From Schizochytrium sp. TIO01 (Eukaryota > Protista > Bigyra: Labyrinthulomycetes): a stretch of 64,000 bases of DNA. Positions 44,701 through 55,360 of the stretch are shown piece by piece (within the stretch, counting starts at the first letter, position 1; each line of letters begins with the position of its first letter). The stretch spans positions 1,612,001-1,676,000 of the forward strand of contig SMSO01000025.1 of assembly GCA_004764695.1 (NCBI GenBank), written 5' to 3'. Below the pieces are notes generated by a model. That model was not told the origin of the DNA. It ran no database searches and saw only the letters and a list, made by a program, of their open reading frames with translations. A program made the position numbers and the translations under genes.

Positions 44701-46506
44701 CTCTTCTACCCAGGTAGGCAGTAGTCACGATTGATTGGTTTGTCTGTTGCTTCCGCTTTTTCTTTAATTTTATATACATTAAAGAAATTGATATATATAT
44801 TTTTTTTTTCAATTTTAAAAAACAATTGTAGGTTATGTGGAGGGCAAGCTTACAAAACCGAAGGCTAAAACATTGCTTGAGGGACACTTCAGGAAGATTG
44901 TATTGTGGAAAAGCCAGAAAGCACTTCTTCAAATCCGTCCATCACGCTCCACCTCTCATGGCCTCAAGTAAATAAGTGCCCTTGACACAGTGTCTGCCAG
45001 GCATAATTTCGTTTTTCTAATTCTCTAGCTAGCTAGCTAGCTAGGCCTATTGCTCGTGCCAACTTCGACAGCAGTGCTAATCTCATCATGGTACGCGAGC
45101 TCAACCGCTGCTGCCGCTCCTTCCGCGGCGATTGCTGATTCAGGAGTAACCTCGTGTCCGCAGTTATAGCCTCTCTGAATTACTCCGAGTGCTGGTCTCA
45201 TACATATACATACATATATTGTAAATACAGGGCATACTATTATATCATTAGTATATACATTTTGTCTTTTTTTCTTTTTTTAAAGAAAAAGATAAAAAGT
45301 GCGGTGTTAGTGCAGCACGAGTGAAATTTGCCGAAAGGCCGTGAAACTTAACCTTCTCTTTGGATTGCCGAAAAGCCGCCTCTCGTGTTAGGCCACCGAG
45401 ATTACCACTGCCAGGGCAACGTTCGAAGATGCATGAGTCCTCTGCGTTATGTTGGAGCGTGAGATGAGAAATAAGCACAAGCACGCGCAAGCTCAGTACG
45501 ATGCATGAGCCGCATGCTTGGCAGAAATGTTTATTTGTAATTCTGTAGATCGAATAGACTTTACAGCTAGCTATTAGAACGATTAAGCGTATGATTTTTA
45601 AGTTGCTTAACAAGAACCAGTTAGTAAAAGCTTACAATATATTGACAACCAAACAACGCTGCAACCCTAATGCTTCCGTCCCGTATCAAACCTAATAGTC
45701 TAGGTTGTTGTGCGGTTGCCTTGTCTGACAAGTCTCAAGTTCGTGCAGTGTTTGGTTTAGATGTACTAAGAGAATGTAACTCGAATGTGCTGTATCTAGC
45801 TACTATCGTCAGTATGTTTCAAGCCTTCTACCACTTCGGCCAATTGAGCAAACTCTATAGTAAACTCACAGACTCTGAAATCGTTAGGGATGGGTACTCA
45901 AAACTTTGTGAAGGGACAGTATGATCTTGAGGGCTGTTCTGAGTGGCCCTACGGAGAAAGTTGTCTTTGGTCCTCTTAAATCTGAGCAATTTTAGATGTT
46001 GTCTCTTCTCATAAGCAGCGAGAAAGTTTAAGGAAAACTATGAACTAGAGGTATCATGCTTGTTTCTCTTGCAGCGAGCGATTGTGTGGAGATTGTTCGA
46101 TGTTGATGTGCTGATGCCAAGCCACACCTCCCACGCGACCACAGCATGCGATGTCATGCTTCACACTAGTGAGAACACTTGTGCTAGGGATTACATAAGC
46201 TTAAATATAAGATATGATTGTCTGAACCTTAGAATGTGGCGCTACACCGAACCAACGAGGGCAGTCTAAGCAAGGTATCGATCGACTTTTGAGTTGGTAA
46301 ATCACCAAAAGATTGCTCGCAAAACCACAACCTGGTTGAGACCACAAAGACTGGCAGCCAAACCCTCGAAGCACATCGAACACAATATTGGAAATTGCCG
46401 TGAAATACGATTTTTTAAAAGTACACCTCATCTGTAGTTCCAAGGATTATAGCAAAACCGAAACACCGAAACGCCTGCTTCTGTTATACAAGCTTAAGAA
46501 GCCATC

Positions 46507-47846
46507 ATGAACTTTAATTCCGCCATCAACACAGATGCCCCGCCCTTGGCAGGCATCAAGGTAATCGAGTTCGCTGGGATGGGTACAGCTGCACTTGCTG
46601 GCATGATGCTGGCTGATTTTGGAGCTGATGTTGTGCGCATTGATCGCCATGAGGGTCAGGGCCAGTTGGCATCAGATGCAGACTTACTTGGACGGGGTAA
46701 ACGTTCTATTGGGCTCGATATTATGACACCAGAAGGCCGTAAAACATTGAAGTCTCTTGTTGCTGTTGCGGATGTCCTTTTAGTACCGTAAGTTCACTTA
46801 AGATTGATTTCGACGCTGGGACTCTTCAAAATCTGAGCTATGAATTTATAGGCTGACGAATTTTGTTTGTTGTTACTTTATACAGTTTCCGACCTGAGTT
46901 CCTCGCAAAGCTTGGGCTTGCACCGGATCATCTCGCAGAGCTCAACCCACGCCTCATTTGTGCATTCACAACTGGTTTTGGTATTAGCGGAGATGAATTC
47001 GCCAAGCGAGCAACAGGCCATGATATCAACTTCCTTGCAATTTCTGGTATTCTCTCTGCATGCCGCCATCAGGGGCAGGCGCCAGTGAACCCCGGCAGTG
47101 CCGTCGCGAGTTTTGTTGGATCAAGCATCATGGGTCTGGTTGGCATTCTTATGGCCTTGTTCGAACGTGTTCAGTCTGGTCGTGGGCAAATTATTGATGC
47201 TGCAGCTGTCGACGGCATCGCCTATGCGAGTACATTTCTCTATCGCGCAGCTGAGTCTGGTCTGTGGAAAAACCGTCTGGAGCAAGTTGGCACGAATATG
47301 CTTGATGGTGGATCACACTTTTATGGAACTTATGCATGCAAAGATGGAAAGTACATGAGTGTTGGAGCTGTTGAACCAAAGTACTATAAACGCTTGCTTC
47401 GTGGCCTTGGACTTGATGCTAAGCGGGACAAGCTCCCTCATCAGATGGATCAGTCCAAATGGCCGTTCATGAAAACTCGATTTGAGGAGATCTTTCTGAC
47501 CAAAACAAGGGATGAGTGGGCATCGATCTTAGGTGAACTTAATGCATGTGCTCACCCAGTCCTTGACTTCAAAGAAGCTCGTGCTCACCAATTGAATCAA
47601 GATCGTGGAGTTTTTGTGCCTTCCAAAGGTAAATCCGACGTCTTTGAACCGCGCGCTTCCCCAATATTGATGCGTACACCAGCGGTGGCACCTCGGACAA
47701 GCCCAAAGCCAGGACAAGATACAGAGGAGATTCTGAGGGATTTTGGTATTCTTCAAGATGATGGCGACCTGGCACATAAGCCTAGCGACCTGAACAAGGA
47801 CGCAATCGCTAATCTTCTTTTGAAGACAGCAACCGCAAAACTTTAA
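46507..47846 (+). CDS. AMACR paralog (copy 2) lacking the catalytic Asp; 2 exons; PTS1
   Basis: Exon1 46507-46787, intron 46788-46885 (GTAAGT..ACAG) at the same codon and phase as copy 1, exon2 46886-47846. GHDINF retained; NLLGDFAGG replaced by SAVASFVGS; C-terminal AKL. Confidence 0.9.
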
Positions 47847-47999
47847 GTACTGAGTAATTAAGCAATCATGCACAGTTACATTTACAACTGGACGCAGACC
47901 AAACATGAAGCAAAGCATGAGCCCGTGTAGACTAAACAATTTTTCTTTTTAATGGACTTAAACTAAACTCCGTTGCTCTTTTACATTTACAAAGCAAGT

Positions 48000-48708
48000 T
48001 TACTTGATACCGCCGCTGTAAACGTCCATACCCACGAGAACAAGAGCCCATGGAAGACTGCGGCGAAAGAGACGGTTTGGAAGAAAAGGAGCAACTCCAG
48101 CAGCAGTGCCTCCAGCAATTGCTACAGGACGCTCCATACCCTGCTCAGTCAAAAGGCACTGCACAACTTGGTATGTTGCGAACATACCAGCAAACATTGC
48201 TGTAGTACCAAGCTGCTGGCGAAAGAAGAATCGCATGACGACGGGATCCTTCATTTTGACCATGGTCTGAGTCATATTGCCCGAGAAACCTGCATTCTTG
48301 GCCGCCTCAGCTAGTTACGCCCAACCACCCGAAAAAGAAAAGCGTCATATGAAACTGGCTTGTCAGTCTTCTTCACAAAAATCAAATACCTGGGGAAAGA
48401 GCACTAAAGAGGTTGAGCTACAAATTCTCTCAAAACTTTCAAACCAAGTTTTAAGTGCCCAAATTTCGAATGCGGAGCCTCTACACAGTTTTGTCATCTT
48501 AAGCCAAACCATTTTCCAAACAATATGAGCAGCACCGAAATGACTGACTGCAAAGCATGCTGAGCATGCGCCATGTGCGAGGCCTCCATCCCTCCATCTG
48601 GTCTTACTCACCTGTGCCAAACAAAAAGCCGCACGTCGAGCCAATAAGCGTGCCGGCAAATAAGTTCCGCCCACATGGTAGATCCTCGATCTTGTCGCGA
48701 ATCGACAT
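48000..48708 (-). CDS. Small membrane protein, Tim17/22/23 (PRAT)/Mgr2-like; 2 exons
   Basis: Exon1 48708-48612 (MSIRDKIEDLPCGRNLFAGTLIGSTCGFLFGT), intron GTGAGT..CTAG 48611-48311, exon2 48310-48000 in frame. GxxxG TM1; TAMFAGMFATYQVVQC and AIAGGTAAG resemble Tim17-family TM2/TM3. Confidence 0.6.
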
Positions 48709-49311
48709 GATTGCGAGGGCCTCAGAGCAGGTTCTGCAGCCCACTCGCAAGCCAACAATCAATTACTTTCTGGCCGCAGTAGCAGCAGAAAAGGCGGAAG
48801 CTGCGCAAGTCTCTGCAGGTACTAAAGTTCGCGTATCAGTAATGTTTAAGCAAGTCCTAGGTTTGGTGTATTTGAAACTGTTGAAATTGTAACGAGAGCG
48901 TTATTAAATTATATGTTTCGTAGAAGCATAGTTGAGGCTATCCGTTGTGCAAAGGCAGGTGTGTGCGGTATCTGAGTGTATGTTCTTGGAGAGGTGCGTA
49001 GATATAGATATGCAAGAACCCTCGTCCCGCGGACTAAATAAAGAACTCCAGTTTTTGCTCCGCGCAAAAGGTGTCTAGACTCATATATCGACTTGAGCTA
49101 GCTCTCTGAAAAACAATTAAAAATACAATCAGCATGGTCAAAAGTATATTCTTTACTACTTGAAAGTTGTAAATTGTCTCTTTAACAGGGTACGCGCTGA
49201 GGTTCTAAGTTCTGTAAAAAAAAAAATCTATTACATCGCTCTTGGAGGCATAATTTGCGCCAGCCAAAACCCAAATCGGCATCTAGCAGCAAAGGTGTAT
49301 TGCTGCGAAGG

Positions 49312-51066
49312 ATGCGACGCCCGGTGAAACGCAACACATGGGCACGAGTGTGGCTCGTGTGCTCTCTCTTTCTCAGCGGTTGGAGCCCACAACTAGGCAT
49401 AGAGTCGTCTGAGGCGTTTCTTTGGACTCTCACTAACTATGAATCGTCAACAGAACTTCTCAATCACTCTGTAGACATTGCAACGACATTATCCCGTTCA
49501 GATGCACTCTCAGGCCTTGTAAAATTTAATTTTGCAACCAATAGTTACTTCATGGTCAATTCAACTATTACTTTCGAGTGGCTTGCCGGAACACCACAAT
49601 CTATCAAAGATAGCCTATCCTCAAGCTTTAATCCAACCCTTGCTGAACCTGAACTTCTTATATGCGATTATGCATCCTACCTTCAAATTTTACAGCAAGA
49701 GACGATTCTTTCGGATTCATTCTGTCAATCGCCTTTAAATAGCCCTGAGCTCTGCGAGAGATATAGCTCTTCATTGGATAGGACATATTCAAGTAATGAA
49801 ATAGCGAAATACACACTCGAGATTCGTGGAGTTGCTCGAAAGGATACGGGTTCACGTTACTTCCTAGTTTCTGCTTGCGCTTTTGTTGATGCATTTGAAA
49901 ATCCAAGCATCACTAGAATGCATATAAGTGCTGATGTCACCTTACAGAAAAGCGATACTATTGAGGATTCCCGACAAATTGAAAATCTTATTCGGGTTTC
50001 ATTGGTAAGCTTAGTAGGACTCAGCTGTGTTAGTCTTGCCGGATACAAGATATATATCCGACGTTGGAGATCAGAACGTAATACGGAGATCCAATCTCGG
50101 CTATTCCTGATTGGTATCTTCAAGGTATGTACACTAGTGTTAGGCCTCGCACAGATATCAATCCCGAACAAGCATTCGATTGACACGAGCCCAAGTGTCA
50201 TGGCGGTTGATTATCTGTATATGATTTTTCTTGCAACATTTTGCACCAGTCTCTTATCTCTTGTTCTCGAGTTGGCCTTGGGTAAACTCATTACAAGACG
50301 CCACCTTTCCCTTGCAGACAACTTCAAAGCAAAGAAGTTAACCGTCTTATTCGGACTATCTTTATTTTTATATCTACTATGGGGCCGTAGCCTTTTTGCA
50401 TGGATTATTTTGTGCATTGTTTATGTGATTATCATATCTAGCGCCCATTTCCTAGTGGCATCAACAGTGCGCGGGTTACAACATCAATCTCAATGTATCC
50501 AGGCACAGCTTGATACTGCAGGTCGCTCTAATGATGTCCCTGCCAATGTACTAGATTTACTCGTTCGCAGGCAGAAGTTTGTGGATGATATTGCTGAAAC
50601 TTTTACAAGTCTTCGCATGACCATGGTTCTTTTCTTTTGTTTTGCGCCATTTCTACTACTCATCGTCCAGATTACCATGGTAAAACTCACTGGCTCGAAA
50701 TTTGTACTTGTTACTCTTTCTGAGTTCATCGATCTCCTCTTTCTCATACGTCTTGCTTACATTCTTCGCTTTAGAGCCCTGGATATATATCTTCCAGAAG
50801 GAGACGCGATTGAAGCAATTGCTACTCGTGCCTCATCGAGTTTATCTGGGACCACTGTATCTGCAACATCTGTTTTCCCTCTAGTTGATGAAGAAAGTAT
50901 TCGAGTGGGCTGCGAAAGTAGTGGACAAAGTAGTGGTAGCAACGAATTAGTGTTGAATTTACGAAACGAGAAGGTTGACAAAGGTGCAGTCACAACTGCA
51001 GTCATCTGTATAGAGATGCCTGACGAAACACTGCGAATCGGTCTTTTAGACAAGTATAGCTTGTAA
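49312..51066 (+). CDS. Signal peptide + luminal domain + ~7 TM protein (GOST / GPR107-TMEM87-like)
   Basis: First ATG at 49312; hydrophobic signal; Cys-containing luminal region; about seven hydrophobic segments with LALGKLITRRHL after TM3; family call rests on topology only. Confidence 0.6.
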   Translation: MRRPVKRNTWARVWLVCSLFLSGWSPQLGIESSEAFLWTLTNYESSTELLNHSVDIATTLSRSDALSGLVKFNFATNSYFMVNSTITFEWLAGTPQSIKDSLSSSFNPTLAEPELLICDYASYLQILQQETILSDSFCQSPLNSPELCERYSSSLDRTYSSNEIAKYTLEIRGVARKDTGSRYFLVSACAFVDAFENPSITRMHISADVTLQKSDTIEDSRQIENLIRVSLVSLVGLSCVSLAGYKIYIRRWRSERNTEIQSRLFLIGIFKVCTLVLGLAQISIPNKHSIDTSPSVMAVDYLYMIFLATFCTSLLSLVLELALGKLITRRHLSLADNFKAKKLTVLFGLSLFLYLLWGRSLFAWIILCIVYVIIISSAHFLVASTVRGLQHQSQCIQAQLDTAGRSNDVPANVLDLLVRRQKFVDDIAETFTSLRMTMVLFFCFAPFLLLIVQITMVKLTGSKFVLVTLSEFIDLLFLIRLAYILRFRALDIYLPEGDAIEAIATRASSSLSGTTVSATSVFPLVDEESIRVGCESSGQSSGSNELVLNLRNEKVDKGAVTTAVICIEMPDETLRIGLLDKYSL

Positions 51067-51334
51067 TTTGAGCTTTAAATATATATTTGTACCAGTCTTG
51101 CTACTTTTAGCCGACGAACTATTGTTACAGAAAATTCGAGGAATAAAATCCTCTGATTAGATTCTTTAATAGAAATAGAATTTTGGATTCTTCTCTTCTT
51201 TTTTTTTTTTCTTTTTTTTAAATAAAGGAGGTAGAAAAATGTTGTACTAATTTTTACTTAACTTTTGTTGAAATACGATTCTAGGAATTTATGTGATCTT
51301 CTTCAAAGGTTTCCCGACTCTTCTCGATTAAATT

Positions 51335-54300
51335 CTAATAAACTTCTGTAGGTCCAGTTTGTTCTTCTTCCTCCTGAAGGAGTGCCTCAGGAAAAGTAAT
51401 AGCAATTTTTGCACGTACTATGTCGTCCTCGCGAGAGACCGCACGCAGTGCTGCAGCTGCATTGGGATGGACCGTCGATTTATCAATGCGATTCTCTTCA
51501 TCTACAGGACATGTAAGAACCTCCTTGAAAGGGCCTTCAAGTACCAACATTTTCAAGATACGGCGTCGGTTCCATGAACTCTTATGAAGCAAGAAAAATT
51601 TTGCCAGTAGATGCAGGGCGATCTCATACAAGAACGGATTGTTTTGCTTGGTCAGGATGTTAGAGCAAAGAGAGCGAGCTACGCATTGAATAATTTCATC
51701 CCAAGTTTCTTCAGGCTCGTAAAAATCCCCGGGTGCGAGTGCATTCACATCAGCACTTGGTTGCAGTAGGCGCAACAAGTTAGCATCTGCCATCTCACTC
51801 CAAACAATCAAACGAAGATCACGGTCGCTCTTGGTTTCTAGCATTAAAAGCAATAGTGCAGCGGCAGCATCATGGCCATTCAGTCTTTCATTGAAAGCTG
51901 CAATCAAGCCTTCCCAAAGTTTCATGAGTGCTGCCTTGCCGCCTGCGGCATCCTGCAACACATCGAACACATTTTCAGCGACCCCAGAGCTTGAAAGAGA
52001 ATCCGTTAACTCTAGAAGTGCATCATTAACAAGACGCGCCATGCTATGCACATTCTCAGTGTCTAAAATGGCTGGTGCCTCAACATTCGAAAGAATTCTT
52101 GCCACTGTCAGAATGATATCTTCTGCGCCCACAGCACCATCAAGCAGAAGCTGGTGCGTAATCGCAAGGGCCTGGGGGACAACCACAGGTCCTTCTGGTC
52201 GGAATGCAACAAATAGAGGCAAAAGACTCCACGCAGAGCGAGATTCTTGCCAACGCCTTCCAAGCACGAGATCAGCCTTCTGAGCCGAAGCACTCAGGGT
52301 AGAGCGGTAATGAGCTAACCGCGAGGACTCCAAAGTCTCGCCAATTACCCCAGTACCAAGACCAGAAAGTAACAATTTCCGACTCGCCTCCACAGCACGC
52401 TCTCCGCCAAGACAGGCTACAATTGGAGTTTTCAAAGCTAAACAACCATTAGATTCAAACCCAAGTCCAAGCTTGGGGGAGAAGAGTGCCTCTAAAATTT
52501 CTGCAACTGCCCATTCTTCTCCAGTCACACGTGGGTTAACAGCGGGGAGAGCTTCTGCGAGCAGGGCACGACGAGAGGAGCAAAACCCCTCATCTTCCAG
52601 CTCGCTCTCGTCCACGTAACCATAAACTCTAATAAGAATTTGTATAACACGTAGCCAAAGCATTGTGAATGTACGCTGCAGACAAATTTGTGTCGGCGAA
52701 GGGGTATTGGACTCCTTGGCAGCCTCAAGTTCATCAGGCAAAGACATTTCTAAAACGGAACAGAACACGGAGCGCAGCTCATTATCCTCCAGGGATTTGA
52801 AGCAATGTGAGCGGGCATCCTCTCTTTGTACAAGCTGCCAGAGTAAGTCAAGAAGTAATAAGGTTTCGTCAGCAATCACGAGAGACTTTTCATCCAGCAG
52901 TTCTGGGAGTATAGCCTCAAGCCGAGTTTGTACTCCTGCAAGAATCTCTGAGATATTGCGATTGGCTATTCCAATATCTGCAGGTGCATCATCTGGCGCT
53001 TCGAAATGAGCAAGGTCCGCAGCGATGTCATCTTGGGTGGGCCGGCCTTTGCGTAAAAAGCCATGCACACACATGAATGCCTCCATAGAAGCCCGTCCAC
53101 CCCAAATTTCAATGGTAGATTTCCCAACTTGCTCTTCGTTCGTACCTGCTGCAGCCCCGTGAATAACGTAAGAATCCGAAGACAAGGGTACTCCACCCGG
53201 GGTTACGCTCATAGCCCGCCAAGATCGCAAAAGATCGCGAGCAAGGCGTGGACCCCCTCGCAAAACTCGAGACTCTAAAGATTCGTAAGTTGAATCAGCA
53301 ATGGCCATTGCAAATTCTCTTTTTGATAGGGAGAGGACATACGCAAGCCTCAAGCAAGTCTCAGATATTTCAGTGGAGGAACCTTCGAGGTAACTGTTAA
53401 GACGCGCAACAAGCCATTCCAGCAGTCCTGGCACACGTGCTACCTCAAAAGCCCCAGTACTCGAGTGAAGTGCAATGGTAGTAAGGATTGAAATGCAACG
53501 GTCTTCGCCATCGGGGCCAATTTCGACACCAGTCGCCAATTTGCGATCTATACGTAAAAGAAATCTAACTCTTTCTAGCAAACCAATTTGTACGAGACCA
53601 GCAACGGGTGACTTTACAAGCGCTTCGCTATCCTCCATAGCATCCTCATCTTCAATTACCGAATCCAAACCATTTTTAGTTTGCTCCTGAGAAGATGTAG
53701 CTGAAATCGGCTCTGTGTCAAAAGCCTTAGCAAAAATATCCTGTGCACCTTGAGCGCGTGGCAATTCAGAGGGGAGGAAGCGGCCAAGACTGAATGCGGC
53801 AGTCTCAAACACAGCATCAAGATGCAAAGATGGCACTAAAAAGGACTCCATAGCTTCAAGAGCAGCGCAAGCAACGGTTGGATTAGAGCTATCCATAGCC
53901 ATGCGTAAAATTACACCAAGCTGGTCAGGCAAGCTAAATAAGGGATGCTTTCCATTCACAACCAAGTCTCGCCTCACGTCTTCGAGAGACGTGCCCTCCC
54001 CATAGAGACTTATGTGCCGCTTCTGGAGGATCTTAGCAATGCATGAAAGCGCAAGAGCTTTTTGTGACGCGGCCTTGCTTCGCGCAAGCTGTGTCAATTC
54101 GATAATTGTATAACCTGCGCGCTCTGGTTCCTCTCCATGATGGTAAAGCGCAGAATGTGCTGGGGCTTCTGAGGTTGGGGCGAGAAAATTGCCTTCTAAA
54201 TCAAATCGTGCTGATTCAATTGAGGTTCGAAAGTTCGTAGGGATCAAGCTATCTGACCCTGCTGCCGGTATCCCTGCACGTGCAGCCAAGTTTTCCTCTT

Positions 54301-55360
54301 CATCATCGTTGTCAATGGGTGTAAAGGGGGATGGTTCTGTAATGCGTCCGGTCCACCGAAGTTTTTCTTTCTCCCTGGCTGGTAGCATATTAATCGCCTC
54401 ATCCAACTGCTCTTCACTGCGAATCCAGGACAAGTCCTTGAGTTTGTCAATTCTGGCCTCTGTGCTAAGCTTTGACTTTGATTCCTTCTTGGCATCAGTG
54501 GTACCAGATTCTGCTGACTCTGCCGCTTTGTCTTGCTTTCCTTCACCTCCTGAGATCTTTTTCATGAACCTGCTCAATACCTCCGGATCAAACTGTGCTC
54601 TAATCTCAGCCTGAGCTTCTGCAATTTGTGCCGGCGACATATTGTGAATACGCTGATTATTCATGTCGCCCTCGCCTTGCGACGGTAAGTCTCCGGCTCT
54701 TGGAACCGACAGAGGTATGGCACTTCTCGTCGCACCATAGTTCACTTTCGAGCTAGCTGAGTCCGAGCTGGATGCATCTTCGCCTCGCTTTTCCATCATC
54801 ATTTGCTTGAATAATGATACTTTGCGGCGTGGGCCAGAACTTGGCTCTTGGCCACTATTTTGCTCTGAGCTCGGTGTTGATGTTGATCTTTGTGACCTCG
54901 AGTACGATTTGCCTGTTGCAGCGGTGAAGGTCTTTGGAAACCCCGCAGGCGTTGCGCGGTCTTTGGATTTGGGTGGCAAAAACATGGCTTTTGTGGCTGC
55001 GACGGTATCCTTCTCTTGAATTTCATGAAGAAGCTCTGGGATGCTACTACGGCGGTCCTGCTGTGCCAAACGGGCAAACGGATCGTCATTCGCATCTTCA
55101 AATTCTCCGAAGTTTCCAGGTCGCCGCAAACGTTGAGAAACCCCATGCGCGCTATCAGACTCTTCAAAGTCTTCCGGCAGCTGGAACCGCACTCGCCGCC
55201 GCCCATCGGAAACGTCTTCGGAGGTGGTACTCGGTGCCGCCGAGGCAGAGGCCTTGCCAGAACTACTAGCCCCAAGGAGTTTAACAGAGCCGGTGTTAAG
55301 CTTGCCAGAGGCGGCCAGCTCCAGATCCTCCTCAAGGCTGCGAACGCGAGGGTGCATCAT
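51335..55360 (-). CDS. RPAP1: RNA polymerase II-associated protein 1 (RPAP1/Rba50)
   Basis: RPAP1_N NNQRIHNMSPAQIAEAQAEIRAQFDPEVL; RPAP1_C RFDLEG...LYHHGEEPERAGYTIIELTQLARS...QKALALSCIAKIL. Confidence 0.92.
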   Translation of the reverse strand: MMHPRVRSLEEDLELAASGKLNTGSVKLLGASSSGKASASAAPSTTSEDVSDGRRRVRFQLPEDFEESDSAHGVSQRLRRPGNFGEFEDANDDPFARLAQQDRRSSIPELLHEIQEKDTVAATKAMFLPPKSKDRATPAGFPKTFTAATGKSYSRSQRSTSTPSSEQNSGQEPSSGPRRKVSLFKQMMMEKRGEDASSSDSASSKVNYGATRSAIPLSVPRAGDLPSQGEGDMNNQRIHNMSPAQIAEAQAEIRAQFDPEVLSRFMKKISGGEGKQDKAAESAESGTTDAKKESKSKLSTEARIDKLKDLSWIRSEEQLDEAINMLPAREKEKLRWTGRITEPSPFTPIDNDDEEENLAARAGIPAAGSDSLIPTNFRTSIESARFDLEGNFLAPTSEAPAHSALYHHGEEPERAGYTIIELTQLARSKAASQKALALSCIAKILQKRHISLYGEGTSLEDVRRDLVVNGKHPLFSLPDQLGVILRMAMDSSNPTVACAALEAMESFLVPSLHLDAVFETAAFSLGRFLPSELPRAQGAQDIFAKAFDTEPISATSSQEQTKNGLDSVIEDEDAMEDSEALVKSPVAGLVQIGLLERVRFLLRIDRKLATGVEIGPDGEDRCISILTTIALHSSTGAFEVARVPGLLEWLVARLNSYLEGSSTEISETCLRLAYVLSLSKREFAMAIADSTYESLESRVLRGGPRLARDLLRSWRAMSVTPGGVPLSSDSYVIHGAAAGTNEEQVGKSTIEIWGGRASMEAFMCVHGFLRKGRPTQDDIAADLAHFEAPDDAPADIGIANRNISEILAGVQTRLEAILPELLDEKSLVIADETLLLLDLLWQLVQREDARSHCFKSLEDNELRSVFCSVLEMSLPDELEAAKESNTPSPTQICLQRTFTMLWLRVIQILIRVYGYVDESELEDEGFCSSRRALLAEALPAVNPRVTGEEWAVAEILEALFSPKLGLGFESNGCLALKTPIVACLGGERAVEASRKLLLSGLGTGVIGETLESSRLAHYRSTLSASAQKADLVLGRRWQESRSAWSLLPLFVAFRPEGPVVVPQALAITHQLLLDGAVGAEDIILTVARILSNVEAPAILDTENVHSMARLVNDALLELTDSLSSSGVAENVFDVLQDAAGGKAALMKLWEGLIAAFNERLNGHDAAAALLLLMLETKSDRDLRLIVWSEMADANLLRLLQPSADVNALAPGDFYEPEETWDEIIQCVARSLCSNILTKQNNPFLYEIALHLLAKFFLLHKSSWNRRRILKMLVLEGPFKEVLTCPVDEENRIDKSTVHPNAAAALRAVSREDDIVRAKIAITFPEALLQEEEEQTGPTEVY

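Noticed and set aside
41720-46500. 4.8 kb spacer between the AMACR copies with scattered 60-120 aa ORFs
   Set aside because: AT-rich with no recognisable protein, RNA gene or transposase motif. The same applies to 33000-35600 and 55400-57890.
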